The translations under genes and the position numbers were made by a program. Below the pieces are notes generated by a model, which did not search any database, was not told the DNA's origin, and worked only from the letters and a program-made list of their open reading frames with translations. A stretch of 60,552 nucleotides of DNA, from IMG/VR virus record IMGVR_UViG_3300043414_000845, positions 1 through 60,552 of that record. One strand, written 5' to 3'. The DNA comes from a virus (taxonomy: Duplodnaviria; Caudoviricetes). Every line of letters starts with the position of its first letter. Position 1 is the stretch's first letter. Below are positions 51,466-60,552 of the stretch, in pieces.

Positions 51466-52884
51466 TCATTCATCAGCCTCCAGGTCAACGAATGAGGAGA
51501 TGATCGTGCGCCGGATGGGGTCAGAGACCTCCAGCTTCATCGTGCGCTGGTAGAACGAGCCCAGCGCTGACCAGCGGAGCCTGGCGTTGTACTGGCCGGT
51601 CTTGCCCATCGACGCCCACTTGACCTGGTTGAAGGTGTAGCCGCCGTCGTCTGACAGGCTCAGCACGAGCTGCGGGTCGCTGCCCTGGCCGGTTGTCAGG
51701 CCCATGCCCGCCTCGATGTCCAGCTCGAACCTTGGCATGAACACCCGGTTGCCGTTCTTGTGCATCGGTGAGCCCTGCGCCAGGCCTTTGATGGTGTTGC
51801 CGTACTCGGTGTAGTCGGTCGACGACTGGTAGCCGATGACGTTGCTCTCGTAGTCGCCGATCAGTTGCCGGTTGAAGGCCGCCACGGCGCAGTTCGCGCG
51901 CCAGCGGCCGAGCGGCTGGTTGTTCGCGTCCGTCGACTCCCGCTCGTGCCACAGCCCGGTGGTCAGGTCGAAGCACCAGGTCTTCGGCACCGACGGGAAG
52001 GTGACGTAGATGAAGTCGTGGCCTTCCCAGGTCATGGAGAAGCAGAACGCATCGGAGATGTCGCCGTAGTTGGCCCACTCCTGCTCGGTGCCATGCTTGG
52101 ACACCCGGACGGCGTTCACGCCTTCCAGGCGATAGAAGTTGCGGTCGTTTCCGATGAAGAGCAAGGCCTCACGCACCTTTGTCCAGGCCAGCGGACCGGC
52201 CATGCCGATCTGGATCGCCGCGCCAGTGTACTTCGCCCAGGGGAAGTTCTCGCCGCCAGCCAGATACCAGATTTCAATCGACCGCTGCCCCGCCACGATG
52301 AGCTGTTGCAGGTGGTTGATCGTTGCCAGCACGTAGTCGGACAGGGACTCAGCGGTGCCATAGAATAGCGGGTTGTAGATCAGCCCCTGGATGGAGTCCG
52401 AGCTGAAGAACTGGTTCGTGTTCTTGCGGTCGAACAGGAAGTAGGTTTCGTTGTGGCTGATCGTGTTCGCCGGGTAGAAGTTCACGTCGCTGATTTGCTG
52501 CCAGGTCAGGTTGTCGGAGTTGTAGATGTACCCGCCAGAGCCATCGACGACACCAACCTCGACCCCGTTGTCATCCATTGAAACCGGCCCGGTGCCAGCC
52601 AGGAGACCAGACCCGAGCAGGTCGGACGACCCATCTGAGGCCATCCTGTAGAACTGGCTGCCGGAGACCACGTAGACGTACTCGTTCAGGATGTGCATGG
52701 CACGGATCGGACCGGTGCCCACCTGCGCGAACTCGACCAGGCCTGGCGTACCGAACAGCACCACCTTCGACTTGGCGTTGACCTCATCGGGCTGGAGCTC
52801 GGAGTACAGGTTCACCAGGCGCTGCGACGACACGGGGCGCGCGCGGCTGATGTAGGTCTCCAGGGCGAAGGGTATCTGAGCCAT
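51466..52884 (-). CDS. P22 gp10-like packaged-DNA stabilisation / tail hub protein
   Basis: LVNLY, GTPGL, TWCFDLTTGLWHER, GQGSDPQLVLSLSDDGG, WSALG, SDPI motifs. Confidence 0.9.
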   Translation of the reverse strand: MAQIPFALETYISRARPVSSQRLVNLYSELQPDEVNAKSKVVLFGTPGLVEFAQVGTGPIRAMHILNEYVYVVSGSQFYRMASDGSSDLLGSGLLAGTGPVSMDDNGVEVGVVDGSGGYIYNSDNLTWQQISDVNFYPANTISHNETYFLFDRKNTNQFFSSDSIQGLIYNPLFYGTAESLSDYVLATINHLQQLIVAGQRSIEIWYLAGGENFPWAKYTGAAIQIGMAGPLAWTKVREALLFIGNDRNFYRLEGVNAVRVSKHGTEQEWANYGDISDAFCFSMTWEGHDFIYVTFPSVPKTWCFDLTTGLWHERESTDANNQPLGRWRANCAVAAFNRQLIGDYESNVIGYQSSTDYTEYGNTIKGLAQGSPMHKNGNRVFMPRFELDIEAGMGLTTGQGSDPQLVLSLSDDGGYTFNQVKWASMGKTGQYNARLRWSALGSFYQRTMKLEVSDPIRRTIISSFVDLEADE

Positions 52885-53855
52885 TAGCCCTCCAGGTCCG
52901 GTACGAAGCTGATGGCTTCAGGCTCTCGATCCCAGGAGATCAGGATTTGCGCCGTCGCCGTCGCAAGGGCCTCCAGGACCTGAATGCGGGTCGCTGGGGC
53001 CTGGTAGGCTTGGGCCAGGCGCAGGGCCAGTCCGCTCGTCAAAGCCTCCTGCCACTCCTGTGGGAAGTCCCCAGTGTCGCTGTTCAGGACGAAGTCGTAG
53101 ATCGGCCTGGAGTACGTGAACCGGATCGCCACGTCTGGGTCTTCGGCCGCGGGCCAGACGTACATCTCACCCAGGGGCAGCTTGGGGGCGTAGAAGAGCA
53201 GGTTCGGGTTGCCCACGTTCGATTTGGTTGGAAGGTCCATATACTCCTGGCGGGAGTACACGCGCATCGGGGTTTCCGTGTCGGTGCGCCCTGCTGAGCC
53301 GAACTGCACGGCTGCGGCGCGGCTGATCTTCAGCGGCCGAATGAGCTTGGACGTGTACCCGAAGAGCTTCCCGCCAACGTAGTTCGCTGCGGTCAGGGGC
53401 GTGGAGATGGTCACCACCAGGCCAGCGACGTTCGTAACCGTCGACCACTGGACCGTTTCCCCGAAGAGCTCGATGCCGATGGTGTCGCCGATGGCGAGCG
53501 TCGTGCCGTCGACCTTGGTCGTCGATGTCAAGGTGACCGTGGTGTCCGCCGCCGCGGAGGCGACCGAAGCCTCGGTCTCCAGGTACGTCCAGGCGTCCGT
53601 CGCGTTGTCGCCCGTCAAGCCGAGCTGGTAGCGGTACTGGTTGGGTTGGAGGAACAGGATGCCCTCCTCCTCGGTCCACACCCGGATGTTCTGCGCCTGC
53701 CAGGTCTTGATCATCTCGTTGAGGATCGTCAGGCCCATCGCGCGCTTGTCGGCACCGATGACCTCGTCGTCGCGGATGATGCCAGCCTTGAAGAAGGCCG
53801 TCGTCAGGATCGACAGCATCGATGGGTTTATGGTGGCGACGCCGGAGCTTGTCAT
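52884..53855 (-). CDS. P22 gp4-like head-to-tail adaptor
   Basis: AFFKAGI...LNEMIKTW...YVWP...FPQEWQEALTSGLALRLA. Confidence 0.8.
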   Translation of the reverse strand: MTSSGVATINPSMLSILTTAFFKAGIIRDDEVIGADKRAMGLTILNEMIKTWQAQNIRVWTEEEGILFLQPNQYRYQLGLTGDNATDAWTYLETEASVASAAADTTVTLTSTTKVDGTTLAIGDTIGIELFGETVQWSTVTNVAGLVVTISTPLTAANYVGGKLFGYTSKLIRPLKISRAAAVQFGSAGRTDTETPMRVYSRQEYMDLPTKSNVGNPNLLFYAPKLPLGEMYVWPAAEDPDVAIRFTYSRPIYDFVLNSDTGDFPQEWQEALTSGLALRLAQAYQAPATRIQVLEALATATAQILISWDREPEAISFVPDLEG

Positions 53856-54235
53856 AGGCCGAGCACCGCTTTCGGAACGACCAGGACCCGGATGGTCTGG
53901 CTGGCCGCGTCGAATGGACTGCCGCTGTCGTTGACCAGGAACACGCCGACCACTCCGGCCGCGGTTACTGACCCGTGGAGGCTGATGCCATTGGTCGTGT
54001 CGATGTTGCCGCTGGCTGACACCCCGATGACGAAGTCCCCCGCCACTGCTCCGGTCACCGACACGTTCGAGGTCGCCGACACTGCATTGTCCGCGACGCT
54101 GGCGAAGTCGATCACCGCGCTGCCGGTCAGAAACAGGGACGAGATGGAAAGGTTCTTGTTGGTGCCGCCCTGGAGGATCGGCAGAAGCGCTCCCACCAGG
54201 TTGGCCGCTGTCGTGAAGGATGAGAGCTTGGCCAT
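53852..54235 (-). CDS. Small virion protein
   Basis: VSVTGAVAGDFV motif. Confidence 0.7.
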   Translation of the reverse strand: MAKLSSFTTAANLVGALLPILQGGTNKNLSISSLFLTGSAVIDFASVADNAVSATSNVSVTGAVAGDFVIGVSASGNIDTTNGISLHGSVTAAGVVGVFLVNDSGSPFDAASQTIRVLVVPKAVLGL

Positions 54236-54237
54236 GT

Positions 54238-54525
54238 CTATCCTACCAGGAGGGCTGAATTGTCTTCGTCTTGGAGAAGCCCGTCACCGTCGACTTCGGA
54301 CTCCAGGACGTATGGCATGGAAGGAGCCAGGTCTCCTGGACGGGGCCTGGCTCCCTTTACTGCTTGCTGGTCGACGCGACCCTTGACGAAGTCCTGGGGG
54401 TGGCGAGCCTCGTACACGCCCTTCTTGACGATGAGGCCGTTCCACTCCTCCTGCGTATCGGACGCCCACACCTTGAACCCGGTGCGGTCGCAAATACGCA
54501 GGAAGTCTCCAGGACGATAGGTCAT
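54238..54525 (-). CDS. Conserved head-region protein
   Basis: ICDRTGFKV...EWNGL...RHPQDFV...ARP. Confidence 0.8.
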   Translation of the reverse strand: MTYRPGDFLRICDRTGFKVWASDTQEEWNGLIVKKGVYEARHPQDFVKGRVDQQAVKGARPRPGDLAPSMPYVLESEVDGDGLLQDEDNSALLVG

Positions 54526-54932
54526 ACCTGCGGCACACCCTTGATCATCACGAGGAAGACGTCGTAGCCGGAACCGGCACCGAACCCGTTCGTCGTGAAC
54601 TTCAGGCTGCCCGTGGCACCAGCGATAGCTGGGCACTTGATGCAGCCATACGGCGCGAAGTCGATCTGCCCGTCGTAAGAGCAGACGAAGGCGTCCTCGT
54701 CTGCCGTTGCCTGCCACCGGATGCGGAGAACCGCGGTGCCGGTGACCGCCCAGTTGATGTACTGGAGCTTCAGGTTCACGCCAGGGGCAACGCCCTGGTA
54801 GCCGTTGGCGACGTTTGTGGCGTCCACCTTCACGACACCCGATTCGCCAGTCGCGTCACTGAAGTTCGTGAACCTCATGGCGAGGCTCCGCGCACTGTTC
54901 GAGACGATCCTGCTCGTTACGGTATCAGCCAT
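54522..54932 (-). CDS. Virion structural protein
   Basis: MADTVTS...SDATGESGVVKVD...TGSLKFTT motif. Confidence 0.8.
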   Translation of the reverse strand: MADTVTSRIVSNSARSLAMRFTNFSDATGESGVVKVDATNVANGYQGVAPGVNLKLQYINWAVTGTAVLRIRWQATADEDAFVCSYDGQIDFAPYGCIKCPAIAGATGSLKFTTNGFGAGSGYDVFLVMIKGVPQV

Positions 54933-54949
54933 TGACCGTCACTCCTGGG

Positions 54950-55702
54950 TTAGAAGCGCGACTGGCCAAGGCCGAAGTAGTCGACCGTCATCGTGCGAGC
55001 CGCCGCGGTGCCGTTCTGCAAGGCAATCGTTGGCGTGATGAGCGTGCCGACCGGCACGTTCGTCGTTGGCACCGCGATGCGCGTGACCAGGTTCGGGTTG
55101 TCGTCCGTGCCGAAGAAGACGTCGAAGTTGTAGCTGGCGACACCCGTCACCGAGCTGACGAACTGCTTGCCTTCGCAGTGGTAGCCAACTGTGTAGAAGG
55201 TGTCGCTCGCGAGCGCTCCGAAGGCCGATGAGTTCGTGTACGAGCTCGCCTTGCCGACCTTCAGGAGCATCGACGTTCCGGCTGCTGCCTTCGTGAAGTA
55301 GATGCCTTCCGACGGAGCCGACGCAATCGGTGAGGTGTCCAGGATCATCGCTCCGATGGCGACCGAAGCGTTGGTGGAGTCATCGACCTTGAAGCGGGTC
55401 TTGCACCAGAACGCCTTGCCGTCCGCGAACGCGAAGCCTGGCGTTGCAAGCTGAATCGAGCTGACGTCGGCCGACGCGGCTGAGTTGGTGTGGACGAACC
55501 AGCCACCAAGGCCAGTGGCCAGGAGCTGCGTGGCACCGGCCTGGGTCTCCGTGACGGTCCAGTCGGCGGCGGCGAACGTGTCGAAGTCGTTCCAGTAGAC
55601 GTGGTGACGGGCCGGGTCGAACACCTGGATGCGGCCGAACTGCTTTTCGCGAGCGACGTTCGATACGCCAGCGGGGAACCTGGTGGGATTTCTATTTGGC
55701 AT
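54950..55702 (-). CDS. Virion structural / decoration protein
   Basis: PTRFPAGVSN N-terminus, YWNDFD, TMTVDY; directly after the capsid gene. Confidence 0.75.
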   Translation of the reverse strand: MPNRNPTRFPAGVSNVAREKQFGRIQVFDPARHHVYWNDFDTFAAADWTVTETQAGATQLLATGLGGWFVHTNSAASADVSSIQLATPGFAFADGKAFWCKTRFKVDDSTNASVAIGAMILDTSPIASAPSEGIYFTKAAAGTSMLLKVGKASSYTNSSAFGALASDTFYTVGYHCEGKQFVSSVTGVASYNFDVFFGTDDNPNLVTRIAVPTTNVPVGTLITPTIALQNGTAAARTMTVDYFGLGQSRF

Positions 55703-55736
55703 GGAAGACGATCCTTATGGGGGCTGGAAGCAGGAT

Positions 55737-55765
55737 CGCGGGCCACCTGCCAGGGTGACCCGCGT
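55737..55765. terminator. Hairpin downstream of the major capsid gene
   Basis: CGCGGGCCACC...GGTGACCCGCG. Confidence 0.4.
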
Positions 55766-55785
55766 CTTACGCACTCATCGTGCGA

Positions 55786-56697
55786 TTACAGGCCAGGCGT
55801 TCCGTAGATGCCACGGAAGTCCGTGGAACCGGCGGAGAAGCGCATGTACATGGCTGCCTTGGCGTTCTTGGTGTCGAAGTCGTTGTCCTTGTCGAACATC
55901 GGCTCGTCGCGCCAGAAGAACGTCATGCCGCGCGGTACGTTCGTGCGGATGAACCAGGCAGTCGTGGAGTTGAAGTAGTGGTTCACCTTCACGCCTTCAG
56001 GGAACATATTTGTTGCCTTGATGACGTTGATGGCGTTGTTCGCCGTATCATTCTGCTGAACCGAGTTCAGGATACGGTTGGCCTCGTACCAGAGCGCCGT
56101 CGGCACCAGGAGCGAGCGCGGCATGATCGTGATCTTGTGACCACGAGCATTGACGCCGTCCATGATCTGAATACCAAGGTCTTCGATGGAGGCCTCAGTG
56201 AGGTCCGAAGCGGTGGTCAGCAGGTTGGACTGGTTGCCGGTGAGGGTCGGATGCGAGGCCGAGATGAGCGTCGCGCCGTCGCCGAACGTGTACGTGCTGT
56301 TGAAGGCACGGTTGTAGACGTTGGCGCAGATGTTCTCCAGCGTCTGACGACCAGAGAAGGCAAGGGCCTGGGCGCGACGCTCAGAGACCTGCTTGTACTG
56401 GTTGTCCCGGAGCTCTTCGTACGTCACGATGTAGCCAAGGGCGTAGGCGACGTGCGTGTAGCGCGTCACTGTTCCCTGGGTTTCCGTGTCGAATGTGATG
56501 CCCTGGCCCTGGCTCTTGACCGGGAGCATGCCGAAGCCCGTGACTTCCACGTCTTCTTCATACGCCTTGTCGGAGGTCTGCACATCGAACAGGTCGGTGT
56601 ACTCCTCCTTGTGCTCGTCGTAGGTCTGACCCCAGACGGCATGAATGCCAGGCCACAACAGTTTTGGGTGGACGCCCGTGGTGATTGGATTTGCCAT
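55786..56697 (-). CDS. Major capsid protein (HK97 fold)
   Basis: LLWPGIHAVWG, SDKAYEE, YALGYIVTYE, GDGATLISASHP, NHYF...AWFIRT, DFRGIYGTPG. Confidence 0.92.
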   Translation of the reverse strand: MANPITTGVHPKLLWPGIHAVWGQTYDEHKEEYTDLFDVQTSDKAYEEDVEVTGFGMLPVKSQGQGITFDTETQGTVTRYTHVAYALGYIVTYEELRDNQYKQVSERRAQALAFSGRQTLENICANVYNRAFNSTYTFGDGATLISASHPTLTGNQSNLLTTASDLTEASIEDLGIQIMDGVNARGHKITIMPRSLLVPTALWYEANRILNSVQQNDTANNAINVIKATNMFPEGVKVNHYFNSTTAWFIRTNVPRGMTFFWRDEPMFDKDNDFDTKNAKAAMYMRFSAGSTDFRGIYGTPGL

Positions 56698-56712
56698 GTG
56701 TGCGTGCTCCCC

Positions 56713-57324
56713 TTAAATGCCGGTTGTGTTGCGAAGTGAGTGCAGGTTGATCTTGCACAGCCACTTGCTGAGCGTGACACCCGTGCCTGAACCCATGTCG
56801 TTGTTCGCGCGGCGGACACCGGAGACCAGACGCATCTGGAGGGTGTTCGTGGTTGCAATCGTCGAGCTGTCCAGCATCCAGCCGGAGAAGCCGGTGACGG
56901 TCGAACCAGAGGCCGAGATCAGGTCGATGTTCTTCGTGCCTGCGGTTGCCATCGCGATGTTGCCACCGACGCTGTCTTCCTGGGCTTCGAAGATGAGGTC
57001 CGGGTCGTCAGCGACCAGAATGTACTGGGCGACCGACGCTTGGCGGTAAACCGGCAGATCGCGGGTGATCGAGATGATGGGTTCGCCACCGTCAACGATG
57101 CCCACCATCGGGCCGAGCAGGAAGTTACCACCGGCCGCGGTGGCAGTCGTCACGACGGGGATACCGTTCGCGTCAGATGCACCGGTTGCGATGACAGGTT
57201 GGCCAATGAAAATGCTCGCGGCGTTTGACGCCGGGACGGAATAGATGTTCGCCTTACCATTGTACGGCGAGCCATCCAGACGCTGCACGGGGATAATCCC
57301 GCGCGGCAGATTTGGATTCGGCAT
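56713..57324 (-). CDS. Capsid decoration/cement protein
   Basis: PRGIIPV, IFIGQPV, VADDPDLIFEAQ motifs; directly upstream of the capsid gene. Confidence 0.75.
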   Translation of the reverse strand: MPNPNLPRGIIPVQRLDGSPYNGKANIYSVPASNAASIFIGQPVIATGASDANGIPVVTTATAAGGNFLLGPMVGIVDGGEPIISITRDLPVYRQASVAQYILVADDPDLIFEAQEDSVGGNIAMATAGTKNIDLISASGSTVTGFSGWMLDSSTIATTNTLQMRLVSGVRRANNDMGSGTGVTLSKWLCKINLHSLRNTTGI

Positions 57325-57439
57325 TGCGAAGTCTCCAAGATTGAACAGGGCTGGCGGCCAGCATCACCACGACGCTGACCCGAATGGCGCTTCTGCGCCT
57401 AAGCTCTTTGTTCGATTGCTCTTCGACTTCGCCCCGGCG

Positions 57440-57985
57440 TCAGCGCTTGGCCTCGTTCTTAATCGAGATGCCCTGATCCGGAACGTAAAATGATCCCTGC
57501 TTCTCGCCGCCTTTGCCAAGCTGGGCTTGCCCATGCTTGATGGCTGCCTCGCCCTCGTCGACTCGCTCCGACTGTGCCTTGAGGTCTTCCCTCCACAGCA
57601 CTTCGGGTATCTCCATGAGATAACCCAGCATCGCGCGACCGTCACGGTGACGTCCGTGTAGCTTAGAGACCGTCTTTCCTTCGTGGTCCTTCACATGCTC
57701 ATACCCGGCAAGCCGTGCCTCTTCTACCCGGCCGGGATGATCTGCGAACCAGTGGCGATGATACCCAGGTCGGACAGGGTACGCAAGTTTCTGCGTGCGT
57801 CGGCCGAAGGGGGCACGCTTACCGCGCAACTCGTTGATGCGCCGCTCCAGCTCATCGTTGGCGTCCTCGACGGGAGCCTGGATGGGTGCAGCAGCCTCCA
57901 GCGCCGTCGCCTTCGGCTTCACCGGGGCGCGCGCTGGCATGGTCGGATACGGCTGTGGTTTCTCGTTGATGTCAGTCATGATCAA
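57440..57985 (-). CDS. Conserved head-region protein
   Basis: RPGYHRHWFAD...GYEHV...YLMEIP. Confidence 0.75.
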   Translation of the reverse strand: MIMTDINEKPQPYPTMPARAPVKPKATALEAAAPIQAPVEDANDELERRINELRGKRAPFGRRTQKLAYPVRPGYHRHWFADHPGRVEEARLAGYEHVKDHEGKTVSKLHGRHRDGRAMLGYLMEIPEVLWREDLKAQSERVDEGEAAIKHGQAQLGKGGEKQGSFYVPDQGISIKNEAKR

Positions 57986-58962
57986 TCCTCTGTGTCACCG
58001 TGGTACAGGCGAAGGAACTCCGCCTTTTGGTAGGGCTTGTAGCCAGGCTTGCCCTTGCGGGCCTCGTACGACTTCGCGACCCGTTCGTACTCGCGCTTGA
58101 CCTCGGCTGGTAGCGCGTCGAACGTCTTGTCCGCCTTACTGCCTCCGCCTCTCGGCTTGTTCACCTCGCCGCCGGAATCAACGGGCGAGGTGTTCCTGGT
58201 AATGTTGCGACCGGCGAAGAAGCCGGAGTTCGACCAGCGCTGCTGGACCTCGTACTCAACCTCGTTGAGCTTCTCGGCCATTGGCATGTTCGGCTTGCGA
58301 TCAGACAGGTCTGTGAAGATCGCATTGGCGTATTCGAACATCGGTGCGCTGGATCGATACCATTCGCGTTCCGGTGAGCTGGCCCAGGCGACCGCAACCG
58401 GGTCTGGCTGCTGCTGCGCCGCGGCGTTGTTCGGACGATTGGCTGCCACGGACCTCTGGGCCTGCTCTTTCGGCTTGGCTGGCCCCGCCTTCTGCCCGGT
58501 CTCAAGCAGCTTCTCTACCTGCTCCAGGGCCTCGCCAACGGCCACCGCGTCACCGTCCGCCGCCGCCTGGGCAGCGTTGCGCTTGATGGCGGCCAGAGCC
58601 CGTTCGCGCCCGCGCTGCTCAGCCTTGGAGTTGAGCTCCCGCATGGCGTCGAGGGCCTCGGACATCTCCTCGACCTTCGCGTTCACCGACGTGAGCTGGT
58701 CGTTGAGCTGCTTGGCGGTCAGCTCCGCCCTGGCTGCTCGATGATCCAGGCGCTTCAGGTTCTCGCGCAGGATCGGATGCTCGCGCTCCGCCCTCTCGAT
58801 GAACTTCTCGGCGTCAATCCAGTCATCCGGACGTCCGTGGAACTCCTCCTGCGGATACCAGCCCATGCGACGTGCACGGGCCTCTGGGCTCATGTCCAGG
58901 TCATCAGAGCTGATGCCTGGCGCTGCGCTGTCGCCAAGGCGACGATCTACTGCGCCGCTCAC
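57982..58962 (-). CDS. Scaffolding protein
   Basis: ARRMGWYPQEEF...WIDAEKFIER, coiled coil, TFDALPAE C-terminus. Confidence 0.8.
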   Translation of the reverse strand: MSGAVDRRLGDSAAPGISSDDLDMSPEARARRMGWYPQEEFHGRPDDWIDAEKFIERAEREHPILRENLKRLDHRAARAELTAKQLNDQLTSVNAKVEEMSEALDAMRELNSKAEQRGRERALAAIKRNAAQAAADGDAVAVGEALEQVEKLLETGQKAGPAKPKEQAQRSVAANRPNNAAAQQQPDPVAVAWASSPEREWYRSSAPMFEYANAIFTDLSDRKPNMPMAEKLNEVEYEVQQRWSNSGFFAGRNITRNTSPVDSGGEVNKPRGGGSKADKTFDALPAEVKREYERVAKSYEARKGKPGYKPYQKAEFLRLYHGDTED

Positions 58963-59381
58963 TTGCCTGCGTCCTTCTTGGCGGACTTCATCTTGTCCCG
59001 GTCGATGGTGGCCGCGATGACACGGTCCGTCATGACTCGGTACTGCTTGCCGTCCAGGCCGGTCTGCTCGCGGCCCGCGTAGCGCTCAAAGGCGATGTGC
59101 TCACCCACCTCCGGCACGCGGCCAATCCAGGGCCTGGTGCGGTCCGAGAGCCACTTGAAGGCCCCCTCACCGATAGCCACGATGACGCCGGTTTCGGCCA
59201 TCATCTGCTGGCGGAGCTGTGTGTCGGCGGTGATGAACAGGTTGCCCGCCGTCTTGTCGGGGGCCACGTCGCACATCACGATGACGGTGTCTGCCAGGGG
59301 GTTCAGCCCGCTGGTGTTGACCCCGTTGAAATCGGCGACCTCGTATTCGAAGTCACTCGCTACTATCCTCTTTGACTGCAT
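58959..59381 (-). CDS. groES: GroES-like co-chaperonin
   Basis: PLADTVIV...KTAGNLFI...GVIVAIGEG...FERYAG...DGKQYRVM. Confidence 0.85.
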   Translation of the reverse strand: MQSKRIVASDFEYEVADFNGVNTSGLNPLADTVIVMCDVAPDKTAGNLFITADTQLRQQMMAETGVIVAIGEGAFKWLSDRTRPWIGRVPEVGEHIAFERYAGREQTGLDGKQYRVMTDRVIAATIDRDKMKSAKKDAGK

Positions 59382-59661
59382 TGCTGTCGCTTTCCTGTTC
59401 GACGCCGTAGAACGTCGCCAGGACATCGAACTCCATCTCCGTGACTTCACGCAGCATGATCGATCTCCCGCGACCCTCCAGGTCGTCCGTTAGCTTCAGC
59501 GCTCCTGCCTCCCATGCCTGGACTACCTGCCGCGTCATTGCCCCGCGATAGTCTTCCAGGTACTTCATCACAACCTTGGTCACCGGGTGGTGTTTCCAAA
59601 GCTGGAACTCTGCTTCACGAATGCCGCCGACTTCGGGTGGCTTACTTTTGACGTCTGGCAT
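59353..59661 (-). CDS. Conserved hypothetical protein after the portal
   Basis: EFQLWKHHPVTK motif. Confidence 0.75.
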   Translation of the reverse strand: MPDVKSKPPEVGGIREAEFQLWKHHPVTKVVMKYLEDYRGAMTRQVVQAWEAGALKLTDDLEGRGRSIMLREVTEMEFDVLATFYGVEQESDSNAVKEDSSE

Positions 59662-60552
59662 CCGTGGCTTTCCTTCTTTCTCTAATCTCCTCCATCCTGG
59701 CCTCGTTGTTCGTTGCCATGATGAGGTTGCGGACCCCTTCCAGGTGGAGCTTCGTGAAGTCCATCTGCTTGTCGATGAAGTGGCTGTCCGCCGCGTTGGC
59801 GACCTGCTTGGCCTTCATCATGTTCACCAGGGCCGCGGTATGGCTCTCCATCTCCTGCGCCCTGGTCTTGTCGACGTTGGCCTTTGCCTGCTCCATCGTC
59901 ACGATGTCCATCGCCGACGGGGTCTGATTCTCGACGATCAAGTTCTCGATGCCGTCCATGTTAACGGCTCCCAGGGCGCGCTTGCGGACCTCGACCTGGT
60001 TGATGAGCGGGTCATCCTTGAACGACATCAGGAACTGCGCCCTGCCCATGCGCTGCACGTCGGTGATCATGGATGGGTCGCCGATGGGCTCGACGCCTGA
60101 GCCACGCTGGTAGTCTGCCTTGGTGACCGTCTCGAACGTGTCGCCCATCTGGTAACGCACACCCTGCTCTGGCAGGCACTCGGCGTTGATGTCGTAGAGC
60201 AGCTTGAACTCCTCGTTCAGCGCCGCGTAGATGCGCTTGTAAATGTCTTTGAAGACCTTCTGGCCCTGCTCCATGATGGCGTAGAGCGTGGCCGGATCGG
60301 TCGACGCCGGGGATGTGTTCCCCTGCATCACGTCACGCATGCCACCGAACTCCTTGCCCGCGTCGAACAGCGACGACAGGAGCTGCAACAGGACCGGCGA
60401 CGGGCCAGGGAATTGCATCGGGTAGATCGCGTCCCGGATATTGGAGCCCATCGTGTTGACGACCTTGTACTCGCCGACCTTGAACTTCACCTGACCGCTG
60501 TGCATCGAGAGCTGGGAGCCGATGAAGCCGCCACCTGCGTTCTGGAGATGCG
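59642..60552 (-). CDS. Portal protein, C-terminal part (5'-truncated by window end)
   Basis: Frame is open to the window edge: HLQNAGGGFIG...GPSPVLLQLL...ATLYAIMEQGQKVFKDIYKRIY. Confidence 0.88.
   Translation of the reverse strand, partial: HLQNAGGGFIGSQLSMHSGQVKFKVGEYKVVNTMGSNIRDAIYPMQFPGPSPVLLQLLSSLFDAGKEFGGMRDVMQGNTSPASTDPATLYAIMEQGQKVFKDIYKRIYAALNEEFKLLYDINAECLPEQGVRYQMGDTFETVTKADYQRGSGVEPIGDPSMITDVQRMGRAQFLMSFKDDPLINQVEVRKRALGAVNMDGIENLIVENQTPSAMDIVTMEQAKANVDKTRAQEMESHTAALVNMMKAKQVANAADSHFIDKQMDFTKLHLEGVRNLIMATNNEARMEEIRERRKATDARRQK

Noticed and set aside
60500-60552. Direct circular join of the window end to base 1
   Set aside because: Two leftover bases on each side put the join out of frame, and the middle of the portal appears to be missing
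1-60552. Stop-codon reassignment
   Set aside because: Conserved genes are full length under the standard bacterial code, and neither tRNA is a suppressor

Overview
Near-complete genome (about 61 kb, GC-rich) of a P22-like, probably short-tailed, dsDNA phage of Alphaproteobacteria. The portal gene is split across the two window ends with its middle missing. Most genes are on the minus strand. In reading order they are: terL, portal, GroES-like chaperonin, scaffold, major capsid, gp4/gp10-like tail proteins, an acidic-repeat protein, ejection proteins, a 3958-aa polyvalent protein, tail fibre and lysis cassette. A second arm carries a Cro-like gene, a GapR/RMF-like gene, ruvC, gcrA, an MT-A70 methylase, two antisense tRNA-Ser genes, dnaB, a replication initiator with iterons, terS, and about 10 kb of small accessory genes (Tad2-like, SNase, an outer-membrane beta-barrel). 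I recognised no integrase, CI repressor, DNA polymerase, reverse transcriptase or CRISPR array. Three observations stand out. (1) The giant virion protein is divided at its domain boundaries by a recurring hydrophobic-x-Y-Q motif, suggesting a protease-processed effector polyprotein with 3-4 ADP-ribosyltransferase domains; two candidate proteases are encoded. (2) The phage appears to carry a cell-cycle-type regulatory circuit: GcrA, GANTC/TGATTCG-marked promoters, CtrA-like boxes and a GapR-like protein. (3) An 821-aa virion-region protein has about 13 highly acidic W/Y-x-D-E-D-E-P repeats. All family calls come from motif recognition by eye, not database searches.
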